64,000 nucleotides of DNA from Antedon mediterranea (taxonomy: Eukaryota > Animalia > Echinodermata), in the NCBI RefSeq assembly GCF_964355755.1, contig NC_092675.1, positions 14,356,912-14,420,911 of the forward strand, in the 5' to 3' direction. The notes beneath the pieces were generated by a model. That model saw nothing but the letters and a program-made list of their open reading frames with translations, had not been told where the DNA came from and searched no databases. Below are positions 38,576 to 51,459 of the stretch, piece by piece (position 1 is the stretch's first letter; the number at the start of each line of letters is the position of its first letter). The translations under genes were made by a program, and so were the position numbers.

Positions 38576-40522
38576 TATTTATTTTATATTATAAATTTGT
38601 AAAAGTAGTTACCCTATTTTAATTCACGGTAAATTTATTTTTCGAATTAATTTAATTTGTTTTCTTTTCTGTTGAATTTTTATTATTATTATGTTTGTAA
38701 TGTGTATTGCAATAGATTTGTTTAATGAAATAAATAAATTAATAAAATGTTGACTTTATTTATGTCAGTGTAAATTTGTAAAAGTAGTTTTCCTATTTTA
38801 ATTCATGGTAAATTTATTTCTTGACTTAATTTAATTAGTTTTCTTTTGTGTTGAAGTACTATTATGATGTTTTGTAAAGTGTAAATTTTGTTTTTAACAG
38901 CAACAATAAAAATGAAATTGGATCTTTGCGTGTTATTTAACTCCTGTATGATGTTTTTATAATTTATTTCTACAAAAAGAATTTTGAATTTGTTAAATGT
39001 AATTGCAAACACACATAATAAATGATTGTGATTAAAAATATTCTGTTTACTTCTTTTTATTTTAAACAGTAGGTAATGTAAAGTTATATTTTATATATAA
39101 TAAGTAATATTACAAAAATAAACATACACAATGTATAAAGCATAGATTTATTAAATTTAAATACAATTTTTTTTTATTTCAAAATGAATTTCATATTCTA
39201 CGTGTTTTCAATTTTAAATCTTTTAAGAAAGACACAATACGTACTGCTAAAAAAAACACGCACACAAAAGAGAACAAATTTGAGACGCACGATTAGTCTG
39301 GGCTCCAGACGGAGTTTTGTAAAAATATAAATATTTTTGCACATATGGCGTTTCATACGTGTATTACTTGAGTTTGGATACTCCGTCTGGGGAAACACGC
39401 ATAAGTCACGTGGTTTGACACCAAGAATTCTTGGTGCATAAATTATCCAGTTGACTAGTTTCAGCCGCATGCCATTGGCTACTCACTCGTACGTCGTTTT
39501 AATATTCATATTTCAGAATTTCAAAGACTCAAAGTCTAAGACGATGCGCATGCGCTATGTTACGTTTAGACAATGTGTACTTGGGTACATTGATGAAAGT
39601 TTTTGAAAGCTAAAAATGATTTTATATGCCTAGTAGTCTGGTAAACATTTGATGAGATTTTTCCCAAGAACATGAAAACTCGTCGTGATATGATAGGCTA
39701 GTTCTCCGCAAAATCAAACATTGAATGGATCATTTATTATGCGGAGAAAATTTGATTTAATTCCCACCCAGACCCTGTCCTGTTCTGTGTGGTGGTGTAG
39801 CCCTGTTGTGTGCCGGTCGGTGGTGGTTGTACCTTATTGGCGTTTTATTTGGAAAGTCATACGTACGAGTTGAGTAGCCCTACGAACCCGCCTACGAAGG
39901 AGGCCTAGGCCAGAACAATTATTAAACAAAACAACTTGGCAACACGATTTTATATTTCAACAGTTGTTCAGTCTCGATCGTACGTTCAGCACACTGTACG
40001 TACGTACTCGATCTTTTTCATTTTGAAACAAAATGATCATTGGTTAATTCGAAATCCATATTTACATACCGCCCGCCCCATATAGCCAAATACGGTATGA
40101 TAACCTACGTCATTCTTATCGGATGTTGGCGGTTTGCAAATCAATTTCTATACGTGTTTCACAAGTCTCTATTTTCAGACAAAAATGGCGGTCGAAATAA
40201 AAACAAATAAATAAAAAAAAAAGACAATAAATACAGACTTGGGGCAAGTCTAACGCACGATATGTAACGACGCTTTCAATAAGAATGCATATTATAAATG
40301 TATTTTACAAAATTTATAAAGTAAAGGTAATATTGAGAAATATATATTTTAGATAACTTATAACACGTCTAAAATTAATTAGAGAGATCAATACAATATG
40401 GTGATTATATTAATTTGTTTTGATGACTAGAAGAAACATCTGAAGACATTCAACGAAAAGCAAGCGTTAACACCATACCAGTAACTAAGAATGCTACTAC
40501 TCTGAAAAAAGCATCTCCCTTC

Positions 40523-41020
40523 CTACACAGAAACAAATTCTGAACGAAAAAAAAAAAAAATTAAAATAATTAGTAAACGAAACACGCGCATTATTAATAA
40601 AATAAATAATTTAAGAATATTTGTTAAACTACCCACGAACAAAAAAAAAAGAAACATACTAACCGATTCATCGTCCCTACAAAGTTCAAATAACGAAAAT
40701 TTTTCCTTGAAAAATCCACAGGAGACACGTTTTACATTTTCTAACTGCAATTCAGTGTCACATTGTGTCGCAACACATGTACATAAAACGAGTCCTGTCA
40801 CAAGTCTACCGACGTTTATTTTTCTATCGCTCATCATTTGTTCTAATACATAATACAGCGATTCCGAAGAAATATCTTTACACAATTCTAACACATTAAA
40901 ATTGTTTTCCAACTCTTTACAAGCACGAATAGTACTCTGGAGGATGGGTGAATAAAAAACAACTAACCCCGTCATTTTATATTCAATGTATGCTAAAACT
41001 ACTTCCTCTAAATCAACCAT
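40523..41020 (-). CDS. Bcl-2-like protein carried by the Polinton (165 aa from the first ATG)
   Basis: BH4-like LEEVVLAYIEYKM, BH3-position TIRACKELE, BH1-like VLEQMMSDRKINVGRLV and a hydrophobic C-terminal tail. There is no canonical BH2 tryptophan. Confidence 0.7.
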   Translation of the reverse strand: MVDLEEVVLAYIEYKMTGLVVFYSPILQSTIRACKELENNFNVLELCKDISSESLYYVLEQMMSDRKINVGRLVTGLVLCTCVATQCDTELQLENVKRVSCGFFKEKFSLFELCRDDESVSMFLFFLFVGSLTNILKLFILLIMRVFRLLIILIFFFFRSEFVSV

Positions 41021-41576
41021 AACGCTCGACAAAACAAATGATAATGGATGTAATTACCAAGAAAGTTACAACTTAAACCTTTATTTTTGATTTTAAAAAG
41101 AAGTTGAAACATAGAAACTAATTTTGTCAGGAAATGTGTTTTTATTATTTATGTGATTTATTTGTGTTTTGAAAGTTACAACATTAACATTTAATTTGGT
41201 AAAAAAATGTGAATATACGGAGCCGATTTTAATTTGTAATCCTTAGTATAGTGAGAGATTTTATAAACAACAAAAGAGCGAACGGAAATTAATGATTGCA
41301 GATTAGACATATAGAAATGGATTGAAATTGGAAATCTACATGATCAAAGAAAAGAAACCCATTGTTTCGACAGAAGCTAATGCCATTTACAAAGGATGAC
41401 ACTGTTTGAATAGAGTAAATACCGTATAACATAATTAAATTTTGTCAAGATAGTTGTCAAAAATAAATAAAATATATTATACTGAATTTACTTTGTACAT
41501 TTATTTAATTTAGGCCGTAATTAGGTTTGTTGTTCATTTTATGATTGTGACAAAAAAAATACATACTAATAAAACA

Positions 41577-42597
41577 CAACCCATCCTGCGATAGCGTTCA
41601 CAATGGAAACTGCCGTGAACAATTCAATCCTTTTCCTAGGAATGCTGATAACTAAAGATTTGGAAAAATTGCAAACACGGGTTTACAGAAAGCCAACAGA
41701 CACAGGCTTATTGCTACACTACAATAGTCACGTTGACAACAAGTATAAAAGGTCACTTATTATAACTATGTTAAATCGGGCTTACAAACTATCGTCGACT
41801 CACCAGCTTTTTAATGATGAATGTGAAATTCTAAGGAAGATTTTTAAGCGTCTGAAATATTCAGATGAACTAATAACAACAACCATACAGAACTTTAAAC
41901 CAGCAGAGAGCAATAACAACACTGCAGAAGATGAAACAGATCTATCCGAAATACCAGTTCGAATCATCCTGCCATTCAAAGACCAGAAATCTGCGAACTC
42001 CGTCAAGCGACAACTATGCCAACTAAGTCACAAGATAAACAAAAACATTGTCCCTGTATTCATAAGTAAAAAAGTTAAAGATAACATTAGGAAAGTCGAA
42101 ACGAAACCAACTATTATAAGTCAACAATGTGTTGTGTATACATTTAAATGTGACTTGTGCGATGCAAGTTATGTTGGATAAATAATAATAATAATAATAA
42201 TATACATGCCGACACCTCTGCCAACGCATTGTTGAACATAGTAGATGCTTAATAGGACAGCATTTGAAGGATCATAACGTGATTGTTAATCCCAGTAAAA
42301 TTAATTCATGTTTTAGTATACTTAGGAAATGCAAAAACAAATTTGACTGTCTTATCTATGAAATGTTGTATATCAGACAATTAAAACCTAGTCTGAATAA
42401 ACAAAGTGACTCTGTAAAAGCTAAGCTTTTCATTTGACAGGATGTTAGACAATAGGTCTTTTGTTATTTAAACTTTGACCCTTGGCTTGTGCTACTTAAT
42501 TAGTTGTTGTTTTATATTTTATTCATTGGACTTGAAAATGACCCCATGATGGAGTCGAAACGTCGTTCTCTTTTAAGCGTTATTTTTATATTATGTA
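41577..42597 (+). mobile_element. Penelope-like retroelement, 5'-truncated (RT end plus GIY-YIG endonuclease)
   Basis: FLGMLI..VYRKPTDTG and VVYTFKCDLCDASYVG..RIVEH motifs. A (TAA)n intrusion lies at 42180-42201. The element is absent from the mirror arm. Confidence 0.92.
42525..42570 (+). ncRNA. Penelope-associated hammerhead-like ribozyme variant
   Basis: GACTTGAAAATGAC-CCCATGATGGA-GTCGAAACGTC. The second copy at 54380-54422 (minus strand) has TTGATAATGA. The core is non-canonical. Confidence 0.5.
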
Positions 42598-42714
42598 TAT
42601 AAAAAAAGTAAACAAAAAATAATGATTCAGTGTTATAATTTTATTTACCTGTCATTATGTTAATAAAACATATTCTAAATTTAATTTATGTCATGTTAGA
42701 TATATTTTCAAGGA

Positions 42715-42945
42715 CATTTTGTTACATAAAAAAAAAATTTGTAAAGAAATTTGTTACATAAGATAATTTTTTTAAGAAGTTTGTTTCATAAAAATATTTG
42801 TGTAGATAAATTTGTAACATAAAAATAATTTTGTAAAGAAATTTGTTACATAAATTTATTTTTTACAAGAAGTTTGTAACAGAAAATTATTTGGCAAAGA
42901 ATTAGTTACATACGTTTCATTTTATCAAACGTATGTAACAAAAAA
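42715..42945. repeat. ~28-30-bp TTTGTTACATAAA minisatellite (mirror copy at 44715-44880)
   Basis: Tandem TTGTTACA/TTGTAACA units are visible directly. Confidence 0.8.
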
Positions 42946-44029
42946 TTATGTTGTTGAAAAAAATATTTTGTAATTCACTCCATTTGCTCAGTAGTTTGTT
43001 TAAGTTGTTAAGTCTTGTTTGTGTAATATTCTTGTAAATAAAAGAATTTATTTTTAACCTTTGTAATTATTTTGTAAATATCATTTATGCATTTTTTTTT
43101 TCGTAAATAATTGAATTTATTTATACTTTTTGTATGGGAATCAATATTTGTTTATAAATTTAATTGTGATTATAGATTTCTTCTTTATTTAGTATGTCGA
43201 TTAATTTAAGATTCAGAAACATGTTACACAAGAAACCAAAATTGTCATGAAATTCGTTACATAAAAAATAATTTATCAAGAATCTTTTTTTACATAAATT
43301 TAATTTTATCATTAATTTTGTTATAAAATTTATTTTGTCATTAAATTTGTTACATAAAAAATAGTTGTTTCATAATTCTTGTTCCTTTTGTTCAGTACTT
43401 ATATGAAAATTCAAGTTAAGAACGCAATGACAATGACTGGGCGTTTATCGTGATTAACGGACCGCTTTCCTCCGGTAAATCGGTATTTGTTAACAATCTT
43501 TTAGAGAATAATTACAGTTAGAATGTCATAAAGGGTAAATCGGTATTCTTTAAAGAATTAGGCCTATAAAACAATTAAATTGTCGAGTTGCTTGACGTTA
43601 GAGAAATAAATGTTGTTTGTGTTTACATGTGTGTCATAGTAGAGAATGAATTATAAAACCATTACATTGTCGAGTTTCTTGACGTTAGAGAAGTAAATGC
43701 TGTTTGTGTTTACATGCGTATCGTAGTAGAGTTTGTAATTACGTTTTTTTACACAACTGTCGGCAAGATATAATACATTTATATTGAAAAAAACGTAATT
43801 ACAAACTCTACTATGACACGCATGTAAACACAAACAGTATTTACTTCTCTTACGTCAAGAAATTCGACAATGTAATGGTTTTATAATTCATTCTCTACTA
43901 TGACACACATGTAAACACAAACAACATTTACTTCTCTAACGTCAAGCAACTCGACAATTTAATTGTTTTATAGGCCTAATTCATTATAGAATACCGATTT
44001 ACCCTTTATGACATTCTAACTGTAATTAT

Positions 44030-44300
44030 AGCAGTAAAGGTGTAAACATCTAGCTTTCACCATTGTGTTATTTACTAACATCGAAAACATCCAATGTATA
44101 AGTAAACCCTTCTTATAACTTATGTCAGATGTTGCAGTAATTAGTTCCGTAAACTAAGTTTGATATTCGCCATAACACTATGTCATATCATCAAACGACT
44201 TGTCAAAGTAATTATTCTCTAAAAGATTGTTAACAAATACCGATTTACCGGAGGAAAGCGGTCCGTTAATCACGCTAAACGCTCAGTCATTGTCATTGCG
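44030..44300 (-). pseudogene. Polinton packaging ATPase (A32-like) N-terminal remnant; partial mirror copy at 43430-43517 (+)
   Basis: VINGPLSSGKSVFVNNLLEN (Walker A) is followed by *CYGEYQT*F, matching the WCYGE.Q pattern of Polinton ATPases. Stops are present. Confidence 0.7.
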
Positions 44301-45560
44301 TTCTTAACTTGAATTTTCATATAAGTACTGAACAAAAGGAACAAGAATTATGAAACAACTATTTTTTATGTAACAAATTTAATGACAAAATAAATTTTAT
44401 AACAAAATGAATGATAAAATTAAATTTATGTAAAAAAAGGTTCTTGATAAATTATTTTTTTATGTAACGAATTTCATGACAATTTTTGTTTCTTGTGTAA
44501 CATGTTTCTGAATATTAAATTAATCGACATTACTAAATAAAGAAGAAATCTATAATCACAATTAAATTTATAAACAAATATTGATTCCCATACAAAAAGA
44601 ATAAATAAATTCAATTATTTACGAAAAAAAAAATGCATAAATGATATTTACAAAATAATTACAAAGGTTAAAAATAAATTTTTTTATTTACAAGAATATT
44701 ACACAAACAAGACATTCTGTTACAAACTTATTGTAAAAAATAAATGTATGTAACAAATTTCTTTACAAAATTATTTTTATGTAACAAATTTATCTACACA
44801 AATATTTTATGAAACAAGCTTCTTAACAAATTTATCATATGTAACAAATTTCTTTACAAATTAATTTTTATGTAACAAATGTCCTTGAAAATATATCTAA
44901 CATGATATAAATTAAATTTAGAATATGTTTTATTAACATAATTACAGGTAAATAAAATTATAACACTGAATCATTATTTTTTGTTTACTTTTTTTATATA
45001 GCTGTTTTATTAGTATGTATTTTTTTTGTCACAATCATAAAATGAACAACAAACCTAATTACGGCCTAAATTAAATAAATGTACAAAGTAAGTTCAGTAT
45101 AATATATTATATTTATTTTTGACAACTATCTTGACAAAATTTAATTATGTTATACGGTATTTACTCTATCCAAACTGTGTCATCCTTTGTAAATGTCATT
45201 AGCTTCTGTCGGAACAATGGGTTTCTTTTCTTTGATCATGTAGATTTCCAATTTCAATCCATTTCTATATGTCTAATCTGCAATCATTAATTTCCGTTCG
45301 CTCTTTTGTTGTTTATAAAATCTCTCACTATACTAAGGATTACAAATTACAATCGGCTCCGTATATTCACATTTTTTTACCTAAATTAAATGTTAATGTT
45401 GTAACTTTCTAAACACAAATAAATCACAAAAATAATAAAAACACATTTCCTGACAAAATTACTTTCTATGTTACAACTTCTTTTTAAAAACAAAAATAAA
45501 TGTTTTAAGTTGTAACTTTCTTGGTAATTACATCCATTATCATTTGTTTTGTCGAGCGTT

Positions 45561-45869
45561 ATGGTTGATTTAGAGGAAGTAGTATTAGCATACATTGAAT
45601 ATAAAATGACGGAGTTAGTTGTTTTGGATTCACCCATCCTCCAGAGTACTATTCGTGCTTGTAAAGAGTTGGAAAACAATTTTAATGTGTTAGAATTGTG
45701 TAAAGATATTTCTTCGGAATCGCTGTATTATGTATTAGAACAAATGATGAGCGATAGAAAAATAAACGTCGGTAGACTTGTGACAGGACTCGTTTTATGT
45801 ACATGTGTTGCGACACAATGTGACACTGAATTGCAGTTAGAAAATGGAAAACGTGTCTCATGTGGATAG
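45561..45869 (+). pseudogene. Truncated mirror copy of the Bcl-2-like ORF
   Basis: It is near-identical to 41020-40714 and ends at the junction with the right inverted repeat, so it lacks the hydrophobic tail. Confidence 0.8.
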
Positions 45870-47005
45870 TATGTCTTCGTCTTCAGATTTTGAATCATTG
45901 GTTATATCTATAACTTCTTCTTCGACATCAGAGTCCATAGTAAGATCAATGACTTCAATCACGGAACCCATAGTAACTAGTTGTTGGTTTTTGGTTGAAT
46001 ATGATGTCTGTCAGGCTGTAGCGTTGTAGATGAGGTAAAGATGACAAAATATTCGAGAGTTATATACAGTAGTCAAAAGATTACATTCGGCATTTACTAA
46101 ATTTGTTTCAGCCAATTGTCATTGTTGTATTTCCTGTCGGAACATTGTGTCGAAGCGCCGTGTATTTTTTATTTCATTAAGTAGCTTCCCCAATGTCATT
46201 CAATTTAAAAAATGTCCGATCCAAGATCATCAAACCGTTTTCCAAAAGATTATATTGTAATTACGGAAACTGTTTTAACCAATCGTAATTTTGTAAGTGG
46301 GAACCGACGAACCGCGACACATAACTTAAAAAAAACCGCTGTAAATTATACTAACATACCTTTTGTTTAAATGTTTTGAAATTACTGTAACTTATATAAT
46401 ACACCTTTTGTTTATATTGCCGATGTTCCTATTTGTTAAAATTTATCGGAATTAATCAAGCAAATGCATATGTACTACAACAAGCATACTTACCCTCATT
46501 TAAATTACCTCCACTAATTCAAATATACATGGTCTAACTTCCTTACCATCGTTAACTATTGTATTTTTCAAATTAAATAACAACTCCAATGTCTTACAGT
46601 CCTTTTTTGTTTTATTTTAAAAAGAAACAAAAAATTCTTTATGTAAAACGTAAACCATTTAAATTTTATTGTACCCTTTTTAAAAATACCGCCAAGTACA
46701 TGACTCATTCAAATCTTACAACAATCTTTTACTTCCTTGCCCGATGTTAACCATTGTATTATTATATCCGAAACATAACACCTATTGACTTCAACCATTG
46801 TAAACCATTTGTTCTCATCACAAACAACTAAATAATCACCAAATATTTTTATTTATTATTTAATAATTTTATATTATAATGTATATTAATATATAACAAT
46901 TCTATATAACAAATCTAGTAAAATGACATACTCTATTGTCTTATACTATCCCCATTGTTAACCATTGTTATAATCACAACTGACTATACCATCTACATCT
47001 CTACT

Positions 47006-47145
47006 ATGGTCTAAAACGTTTTAAAAATACGATATTAAGCTATTTGGTGGACTTTGATGTTTTTGTGTGAAAGTTTCATCGAAATGCTCAAAATGGTCTA
47101 AAACGGTTTCTAATGTGATTTTAAGCACTTTGATGTTTTTGTGTA
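47006..47145 (+). repeat. ~88-bp satellite between the Polinton and the LINE
   Basis: Same unit as 55945-57730. Confidence 0.88.
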
Positions 47146-47313
47146 ATAAAAATAATAATAACTTTATTGTTTCTCTTTTAATAACAGTGGCACAATTCTC
47201 AAGAGATGTGCAACAACAAAAAATAAGTATGGACTTATCTTACTACACAATCGAATACAAACATTATAAATTATTAAATTAAAAAGTATATACACATTAG
47301 GTTATAAAAATAC

Positions 47314-47316
<3 letters not shown>

Positions 47317-47344
<28 letters not shown>

Positions 47345-49245
47345 TTATTTCTCAAATAAAAACAAAATACAGTTACATTTTCTAGAAATAATAAATAATA
47401 AATGAGAAAAATGGTACCCCACTGGAAGCTTAAGCTTTAAAATGTGGGGTCCATGCAACATATTTAAAATTAAGGTAAGGTAAGAAATATATATAATTAT
47501 ATAATAATGAACAAAAAAGACATTTAACTTAACAAATGCAGTTATAATTTAACTTAAGACAGATATATTATTAACTTAAACAATAATAGTAGAAACAAGG
47601 TATTCATGTAATTTGAACTTAAATGAAGATATAAAATTAATAATTTTGAGTTCTTCAGGTAAAGAATTCCATATTTGTGGTCCTTGAAAAGATATATCAT
47701 GCTTGCCAACCTCCGTATTAAAACAATCATAAGCATAATCTAATTTATTTCTGGTATTGTAATTATGAATTGAACTAAAAGTTTGAAAATAAGTATCAAC
47801 AATTCTGGGCAGTTGATTATGATTGAATTTAAACATAAATAAAGCAACATTTTTTGTAAGAAAGTCGTAAATATTAAGTGTATTAGATAAGACAAAAAGA
47901 GGAGCAGAATGGTGGAGGTAATGTACATTATAAACTGATCTTAAAGCTCTTTTTTACAAAATATAAATACGGTTTAAATTAATTTTTGAAGTAAAACCCC
48001 AAACGGTTATACCATAAATTAAATGTGGCAAAAAAAGTGATTTATAAATTAATAGTAATACGGAAGAAGGCAAGGCAAGTTTAAGTTTATTGAGGACACC
48101 GACCACTCTTGATAGTTTTAATGAAATTCTATTAATATGAGAACTAAAAGATAAGTATTCGTCAATAAAAATGCCAAGAAATGTTGTTGCTTTTGTTCTT
48201 TCAATTTCGCTGTTGCCGTAATATAATTTAGGAATGTTGGGGGGGATTAATTTATTTACTGAGCGAAAAATAATAAATTTGGTTTTTTTAATGTTTAATG
48301 AAAGCTTATTAGATTTTAACCAGTTTGCAATTTTAGTAAGTTCACGATTCATTAAAATAATAGCTTGGTAGATGTCCTTATGATTAATAAATAAACTCGT
48401 ATCATTAGCAAACATAACAATTTCAGCACAATCACTAATATAATTTAAATCATTAATAAATAACAGAAATAAAAGCGGACCAAGGATGGATCCCTGTGGA
48501 ACACCATACGAAACTGGCCGCAACTCAGAGGCAATATCATTCATTGATGTAAATTGATGTCTGTTACTTAAATAATTTTCGAACCACTGAAGTGGTATAC
48601 CTCTTATACCATAGAAACGTAGCTTATTAATTAAAATATCATGAGAAATACAATCAAAAGCCTTAGACAGGTCAATAAAAACTCCTACAGTAAATTGTTT
48701 ATTATCAATAGCAGACAAACTATTATGGATTGAATGATGGAAAACGAAAACCAAACTGGGAATTGCTGAGGATGTTAAACTTTGTAAGAAATGAAATAGT
48801 TTGATCATAAACTATTCTTTCAAGTAGTTTTGAAATAGTTGGCAAGATGGAGATGAGCCTATAGTTATTGATATTTGAGACCTCACCACCTTTATGGATG
48901 GGTACAACTTTAGCATTTTCATTGCATTTGGAACCACACCCTTTACTAAAGACATGTTCATTATGAATGTTAGTGGTATAGCCAATGCCAATGGACATAT
49001 CTTTAGTATATATGGACCAATGTTATCAAAACCAGGAGCTGTTAATTTTAAATTATTTATGTATGTTACAAATTCTTGTTCACATACAGGTTTGAAAAAT
49101 AATGATGAAGGAAAATTACCCTGAAGGAAATCATTGTAAGGTTGATCATTCCCATTGAATGGAGTATTCGAAATAGAATTTGCAATATTTGATAAAAATG
49201 GAGCTACGGTTTTCTACTGCTTACCTTACCATCACGCCCTCAATT
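47317..49245 (-). mobile_element. CR1/L2-like LINE, 5'-truncated
   Basis: RT motifs DLSKAFD, GVPQGSILGP and FAND; (CAAT)n tail at 47317-47344; flanking duplication AAAAATACATT. Confidence 0.88.
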
Positions 49246-50117
49246 AAAAAATACATTTGAACGAAAAGTAAAAGATTGTGTTATGGACGGTTATTATAAA
49301 TTTCGTTGCGTTCTTTCCATGCAGTTGTTAAAAATAATTTACAATATTTGTCAAAGATGTTACTTGCTAATACATAGTTAATATTGTTTATACATTGGAT
49401 TGGATATTCTTCATGAATTTCTAGGTCGTCAAAAAAAAGGTGATATTTAGGTTCAGGTGAGCTTGACATGAATAAGTCCCATATTTTATGCAAATCATTG
49501 TTGTATAGATCTTCTTTAAGTTGTTTAAATATTGAGTTTCTAATATTAACTAATCTAGTACAATTGAATACAAAATTATAAATTGTTTCTTTTTCACCAC
49601 AATTACATAACAAACATGATCCTAAATGTTTTGGTGACCAAGCTTCCTTTCTTCCTTCGAGTGGTAATGAGTTAGAACGAGCTTGAATTTTAGACTTGAT
49701 GCATGGTAGCTACGTTTTTCCAATAAGTATTTTTCCATTTTAGGTTCATTTTTATATCTTAAGTAATTTGTTAAGGATGATTTAGTTTGAGCCTTGTTAA
49801 ACCATGTTATGTTATCTTCTATAATATTTTTTTCTTTAAAACCATTAAGCCACTTATTACAATAATCAATATTGAAAAACATTTGCAAATCAAATTTGTT
49901 TAAAATGGATTCAATCTTTTGGACCCATTTCCAACTGAGTCTATCTTTAAGAACAAAGAGAGCTCTAAATAGTAATTTTGGCCAGCGATGTTCTTCCATA
50001 TTTTTTAGCCTATAAAAGTATGTTAAGATTCTATCCAACTGTATAGATTCAACTGATTGCCAGCCAAGTTCACCATATAGAGCTTCCTTTGCGACATATC
50101 TGGGTGCCTTTAATAGA

Positions 50118-51459
50118 CTAGAGGGTGAGCTCGCTTCGCTCGCTCCCCCTCTAGGAAGTGTAGACGATGGTTCTCGGAATGATAATGTTCTCCTTATACG
50201 TTTTCTGTCGGTTACCATTATTGAAAATGCTTGACATTCGTAAAACTAAACTACTTTGTTTCACAGTGTTTTAGATGATTAATAACATTTTAAAGTATCG
50301 TTTTTATTGTTTGGTAGGGCCCTTTGGGGAGGCGGAGGTCATTTGAAGGAGGTGCTTATTCGAGGGATATATGTTAAATGTTTTAGTTTTAATAATATGG
50401 TAACATTTATAATCAAATGAAATCCTCTAATAGATATGAAAAGTGGTAAAAAAGAATAACAAATGCTTGGTAAATTGTAGATAACAGTGCGGTGAATTCT
50501 ACTACAAATAGTATAATTGTGTTATTATAAATATGTGGATGGACGTTTATTAGATAGGTGGGTTGGGGGGGGGAGGGGGTTTATTCAAAGTGATGTTTTA
50601 TTGGAGAGGCGTTTATTCAAATGAATACCATCCTAATAATTATTAATACATTATTTAATTTAATCATCTTTTGAAACTAACTGCCGTGACAGAGTGGGCC
50701 CGAGAAAGAAGACATTACGGCTTGCAACATGGGCAGACATCTCGGTCCTAACGTGACACAGGAAGATAGCCTACAGTTATTCCTGCAAGCTTACTCAATA
50801 AAACTCAGCTATCGGGATTTCACTCGAAAAATCTCTTATCATCAAATCTCCCTATGTAATTTTATAATACTATTCCCCACAATATATTCTGATTCTTTAT
50901 GGCATATATTTAATTTGATCTTTATTAATTTGCAGTATAATTTAACTACTGTACCTTCACACACGCGTGGTATGTTTTAAAATAAACAAAAAACTGAAAT
51001 GGCTATGACTAATGGCCAACCACTCCTACTATCTGATTTTTTTTTCGTCTTCCAAAGGGACACTGTATTGATTGATGGAAAGTGCCGGTTTCCAGTCACC
51101 TTTAGGGTCAAATCTATTATTTTAACTGCTCCCTTGTGTTTAAAAGAGAGAAAATATTTGAAACTAAGGTTGTTGCAAGGTGAACTTATCTTAAACCCGG
51201 AAATTACTTTGACCGGGAAGAATTGAAATTGAGAGGAAAATCTAATGTTGAAATCATAAATGTTGTTAAAAAACTCTTTATAATATCTTCCTAAGATATA
51301 AATATGGAACAATAGCGCCGGCGTGAACACTAATGTTATCAAATCTACGTTTCGCGGTACATCTCGGATAGATAAGGTAGGTATCCAAGGCGGAGATTTG
51401 TACCGAAGTTTTTGCATTGTGCTCGCCTATGTCAGAATTAACCATAATTTATATATAGA
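50118..51459 (-). mobile_element. Non-autonomous Helitron
   Basis: The minus strand runs A|TCTATATA ... GC-rich hairpin, CTAG|T. Removing it restores the LINE codons ARYLLKAPR. Confidence 0.85.

Larger units (their letters stand above)
40714..45867. repeat. ~5.1-kb internal palindrome (inverted duplication) centred at ~43750-43787
   Basis: The arms mirror each other out from a ~36-nt spacer. The left arm carries an extra Penelope insertion and lacks the counterpart of 44030-44207. Confidence 0.92.
25764..47005 (+). mobile_element. Polinton/Maverick (adintovirus-like) element, rearranged and non-autonomous
   Basis: Termini are AGTAGAGATGTAGAT...ATCTACATCTCTACT. The 6-bp TSD ATGGTC lies at 25758-25763 and 47006-47011. 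Inverted repeats of ~1.14 kb span 25764-26907 and 45867-47005. Integrase, pPolB and ATPase remnants are present. Confidence 0.92.

Noticed and set aside
39198-39470. Polinton cysteine protease
   Set aside because: The resemblance is only superficial, and the His/Asp catalytic motifs were not found.
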